55,441 nt of DNA from a virus (Duplodnaviria; Caudoviricetes). The notes under the pieces were generated by a model. It worked only from the letters and a program-made list of their open reading frames with translations. It made no database searches and was not told where the DNA came from. Both the position numbers and the translations under genes were made by a program. Numbering within the stretch: position 1 is the first letter of the stretch; the number at the start of each line of letters is the position of its first letter. The DNA lies in the IMG/VR virus record IMGVR_UViG_3300044898_000092, positions 1 to 55,441 of that record; one strand, 5' to 3'. Shown in pieces: positions 52,299 through 55,441 of the stretch.

Positions 52299-52851
52299 GG
52301 TGAAGCTGACCGCAGAACAGGAGCGTTTGTTTGCGAACGCGACGCTGCAGCCCAACGGTTGTCGGCTGTGGAAGGGTGGCAAGAATCAAAAGGGCTACGG
52401 CACCGCTTTATTTCGCGCCAAGGCGTGGCGAGCTCACCGCGCCAGCTACACTGCGTTCAGGGGCGATATCCCTGACGACAAACTCGTCTGCCACACCTGC
52501 GACACCCCGTGCTGTATCGAGCCGGCGCATCTCTTTGTTGGCACGAATAGCGATAACATGCAGGACATGGTCAGGAAGGGCCGCGGACGGTGTTTGATCG
52601 GCTCGGATCAATCTCACTTCAAATCGGGCCATGCGCCTCGGGGCGCGGACGGGTCCGGCGCAAAAGTGTCCGAACAGGACGCCATAAATATCATTTGCCG
52701 CGCTGGTGAGGGCGGTCCCGCAAGAGCCATTGCCGCCGAGTTCGGTATCCACAGAACGACCGTTGGAAAAATTCTCAACGGCGTAACCTGGAAACATTTA
52801 CCCCGAACAGCCGGCCGCGCTCACCTGGCATCCAGTGGAAAGGGAGAATGA
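52291..52851 (+). CDS. HNH homing endonuclease with C-terminal HTH
   Basis: CRLWKG...GYG...AHR.SY...VCHTCDTP.C..P.HLF.GT..DN..D. Confidence 0.9.
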   Translation: MTEVKLTAEQERLFANATLQPNGCRLWKGGKNQKGYGTALFRAKAWRAHRASYTAFRGDIPDDKLVCHTCDTPCCIEPAHLFVGTNSDNMQDMVRKGRGRCLIGSDQSHFKSGHAPRGADGSGAKVSEQDAINIICRAGEGGPARAIAAEFGIHRTTVGKILNGVTWKHLPRTAGRAHLASSGKGE

Positions 52852-52852
52852 G

Positions 52853-53113
52853 ATGGCAAAGAAAGCAACGATCAAGGATATCCAGAAAACAGCTATCAAG
52901 AATATCCAGCGGCTAAACCAACGGCCAGTAATCCGTCATGACCTAACGCAATGTCCATTTTGCGGCGCTTCTCCGCAGATCGAGTTCTGGCATGGAGGTG
53001 GTCCGCAAAAGCGGATGATTTCTTGCGGTGGCGACGATTGCGAAGTCAACCCGATGGTGACAGGCGAGACTAAACGCTCTGCCATTGCAAAATGGGAGCG
53101 TCGCGCGCCATGA
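52853..53113 (+). CDS. Lar-like restriction alleviation Zn-ribbon protein
   Basis: CPFCG...C....C...AIAKW.RRA. Confidence 0.65.
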   Translation: MAKKATIKDIQKTAIKNIQRLNQRPVIRHDLTQCPFCGASPQIEFWHGGGPQKRMISCGGDDCEVNPMVTGETKRSAIAKWERRAP

Positions 53114-53640
53114 CCGCCACACCGGGGAGCGCAGCACTGCTGGCGGGTCTTCTGCCGTTCATCCGCGCTGGTGATGTCAGCAAGGGCGAGCCGTCATTCT
53201 GGTTTACCGATGGCGCTCAAGAAGTTCTCGCCCGTCTCGCTGCCAAGCCAGACGAGGATGGGGTGCGGCGACCTCGTGCGTTTCTGGATTGGGCCGCCGA
53301 TATCTTCGGTCCCGTTGCTCTTGAGCGACGCGAGCGGTTAACCCGTTTCGTGGAGGAGGCTTTAGAGCTTGCCGCCGCCGAGCGAATGCCGATCAGCTTA
53401 CTAGAAAAGCTGATTGACCGGGTTTGGGCGTCACCGCAAGGCGAGACCCCGAAAGAGCTTGGTCAGGCGCAAGCCTGCCTTGAAACCTTTGCATATAGCA
53501 TCGGCCTTTCGGCAGACAAGGAAGCGGCCCGCGAGTTCGCGCGAGTGCAGAGCATCCCGAGAGAAGAATGGACGCGCAGGCATGACGTTAAAGTCGCGCT
53601 CGGAATCGCCCTCTCTACCACGGGAGAGCCAAAGCGATGA
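53110..53640 (+). CDS. MazG-like / dATP-dGTP pyrophosphohydrolase-like hypothetical protein
   Basis: WA...FG...ER..RF.EEALEL...ELGQ pattern. Confidence 0.5.
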   Translation: MTATPGSAALLAGLLPFIRAGDVSKGEPSFWFTDGAQEVLARLAAKPDEDGVRRPRAFLDWAADIFGPVALERRERLTRFVEEALELAAAERMPISLLEKLIDRVWASPQGETPKELGQAQACLETFAYSIGLSADKEAAREFARVQSIPREEWTRRHDVKVALGIALSTTGEPKR

Positions 53641-53936
53641 GACTAATCCGCAGCAAGTTCGAATCGTGGCTAAGGGCCAAGCCGCCAACTGAGATTGTGG
53701 GCGATAACCGCGACTGTCACGCCTGTCCGCTCGCGTTGTTCTATGAGCAGGCCAGCGGTGGCTGCGAGGTCGTGATTTCCAGCGACCGCAATGGATTCGG
53801 CTACGTCATTGATCGCGGATTCGGCGATCGGAAGATGCCGGCATGGGCTGATGCTTTTGCATTTTTGGTGGATGGTGATGTCAACGACAAAATATCAGCG
53901 GGCCGCTCGCTGGAAATCATGGGGCAAATTTCATGA
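53637..53936 (+). CDS. Hypothetical protein
   Basis: Coupled; CPLA.F motif. Confidence 0.6.
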   Translation: MRLIRSKFESWLRAKPPTEIVGDNRDCHACPLALFYEQASGGCEVVISSDRNGFGYVIDRGFGDRKMPAWADAFAFLVDGDVNDKISAGRSLEIMGQIS

Positions 53937-54273
53937 CCGACCACAAACCAGACCGACAGGACGATGGGCTGCTGCCGTGCCCGTTTTGCGTGACTTTCAC
54001 GATCAAAAGGATATCTTCAAAACCGTCCACGACATCGTCGATGTCAAAAATCACGAGTATGCGAAAGACGTTTCTTGGATCGTCGGGCAATGCTATGTGA
54101 TCGACATCTTTCTGTGGTTCATGGCGAAACGCGGCTACACGCTGCAGCGGTCACGAACGAAACTCGAATTCCGCGATCTGGAAGCCGATGTGGCGGCTTG
54201 CCGAAATAGATCGTCTCAGGTTTTCGCCTCAATAATTCAATCAGTCCACCCCTCCCCCAAGGGGGAAGCATGA
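53933..54273 (+). pseudogene. Chimeric/frameshifted gene: Lar-like start joined out of frame to a DFHDQKD-type protein
   Basis: The coupled ATG frame reads LLPCPFC then drifts to a stop; the other frame carries RDFHDQKDIFK...YVIDIFLWFMAKRGYTLQRSR. Confidence 0.5.
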
Positions 54274-54626
54274 GCAGGGCGCTTATCCTCCCCGAAACCA
54301 CGACGCCGGAAGCCCTTGCCGAGCACATGGGCTGGTCTGAAAGACATGTGCGCGAGGTCGCAAGGCGGCTTGGCGCGTGTCGGATTTTGGGTAATCGTAT
54401 GACGTTGCTTGCCGAAGATGTGCAGGCTATTTTGGAGGATGCCAAGTGCCCCTCAAACTCTACCTCCGCAACAACGTCTGGCACTACCGCGGCACGGTCG
54501 CCAAAAAGCGACTTCGCGGCTCTACAGGCATTTCGAAAGAGCACAAAGCCATTGCGGCGCGCGAAATTGCCGAGATCGAAGTCCGGCAGTGGAAACGTCA
54601 TCACGATGGCCCGCAAGCAGTCCTGA
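54270..54626 (+). CDS. Excisionase-like HTH protein
   Basis: TPEALAEHMGWSERHVR HTH; overlaps the integrase 5' end. Confidence 0.6.
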   Translation: MSRALILPETTTPEALAEHMGWSERHVREVARRLGACRILGNRMTLLAEDVQAILEDAKCPSNSTSATTSGTTAARSPKSDFAALQAFRKSTKPLRRAKLPRSKSGSGNVITMARKQS

Positions 54627-55441
54627 CATTCGCCAAGGCCGCCTTGATGTATCGATCGGCCGGCAAGTCAGGCAGGTTCCTGGAACCGATAGAGGATTAT
54701 TTCAAAACCATGCTCGTGAAGGATATCACGCCCGATACGATTCAGGCCATGGCCATGACGCTGTACGGGCACTGCAGCGGGGCTTCCCGCAACCGGCTGG
54801 GGATTATCCCCACTCAGGCGATCATCAACCACGCCGCCGAATCCGGGCAGTGTCAGCGCATCCGCGTGAAGCGGTTCAAGGAAGAGACCAAGGAAAAGAC
54901 GCCCGCAACCCTAGCATGGATACAGGCATTTCGTAAGGAGGCATCGCCACAGCTCGGGGGATACGCGCTATTGATGTTCCTGACCGGGGCGCGGCCGACA
55001 GAAGCGCTGGAATGCGATTTGGACCTCAAGGGAGGAACGGCCCTGCTTCACGAAAGCAAGATCGGCCATGAACGCAGGGCACACTTGCAGCCCATGCTCG
55101 TTGCCGCCCTTGCGAATATCCCCGAAGTCCCGGGGCGCCCGCTGTTCTTCTATCGCAACGTGGAAGATCTAAGACAGGCATGGGACGCCACAATCCGAAG
55201 GGCTGGAATCGAGCGGCTGACCCCTCACTGTTGCCGCCATGGCTTCATAACCGGACTTCTGCGGCGCGGCATCGACGTCAAGACCGCAGCCTGGTTAGCC
55301 GATATGACACCGGAAGTTCTGCTGAATACCTACGCGCACGCCATCAAGGACCGTAAGCTGACCGACGTGCTTATTGACACCGGGCTGACACAGGGCTTCG
55401 AGGAGCATCCTTTAAGCACAAGGAAAATCGGAGTAAATTGA
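54446..55441 (+). CDS. int: Tyrosine integrase
   Basis: Arm-binding N-terminus WHYRGTV...RGSTG; TGARPTE, K, HCCRH, TYAH. Confidence 0.93.
   Translation: MPLKLYLRNNVWHYRGTVAKKRLRGSTGISKEHKAIAAREIAEIEVRQWKRHHDGPQAVLTFAKAALMYRSAGKSGRFLEPIEDYFKTMLVKDITPDTIQAMAMTLYGHCSGASRNRLGIIPTQAIINHAAESGQCQRIRVKRFKEETKEKTPATLAWIQAFRKEASPQLGGYALLMFLTGARPTEALECDLDLKGGTALLHESKIGHERRAHLQPMLVAALANIPEVPGRPLFFYRNVEDLRQAWDATIRRAGIERLTPHCCRHGFITGLLRRGIDVKTAAWLADMTPEVLLNTYAHAIKDRKLTDVLIDTGLTQGFEEHPLSTRKIGVN

Larger units (their letters stand above)
1..55441. mobile_element. Temperate HK97-like siphophage/prophage, near-complete, left end truncated in the lysis module
   Basis: Canonical order lysis-tail-head-packaging-antiterminator-replication-cro/cI-early genes-integrase; no host housekeeping genes seen. 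Confidence 0.97.

Noticed and set aside
55330-55441. attL/attR core
   Set aside because: No matching repeat or tRNA 3' end identifiable within the window

Overview
The whole window is a temperate HK97/lambdoid-type siphophage or prophage of an alphaproteobacterium. GcrA, the RcGTA-type spike base and the gene styles point to Hyphomicrobiales, but the host is inferred. The minus strand (1-42142) carries cro, a cII-like gene, a DnaA-domain-IV/HNH-AP2/GcrA block, a Gp37/Gp68 gene, four DNA methyltransferases, ParB, replication genes and a NusG-family antiterminator. These are followed by the late operon: HNH, terminases, portal, protease, capsid, neck, tail tube, frameshifted chaperones, tape measure, tail tip/fibre and lysis (cut off at base 1). 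The plus strand (42231-55441) carries cI, two immunity-region accessory genes and an early operon of small genes ending in xis-like/int. No host genes or att sites were recognised. Best leads: (1) a 2182-bp IS1595 (ISSod11-like) element with 26-bp IRs and an 8-bp target duplication; its three passenger genes and transposase share one reading frame, are joined by TGA-NNC-ATG and are driven by a promoter built into the IR; (2) three hexaloop hairpins with complementary CCGAAC/GUUCGG loops, one occluding the tail-chaperone RBS; (3) small genes repeatedly bracketed by 11-17 bp direct repeats at gene junctions, suggesting cassette-like gene acquisition; (4) a C5 methyltransferase written in two overlapping frames; (5) a NusG paralogue upstream of a structured late leader containing a tRNA-like T-loop minihelix. 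Protein calls come from motif recognition by eye; no database search was run.
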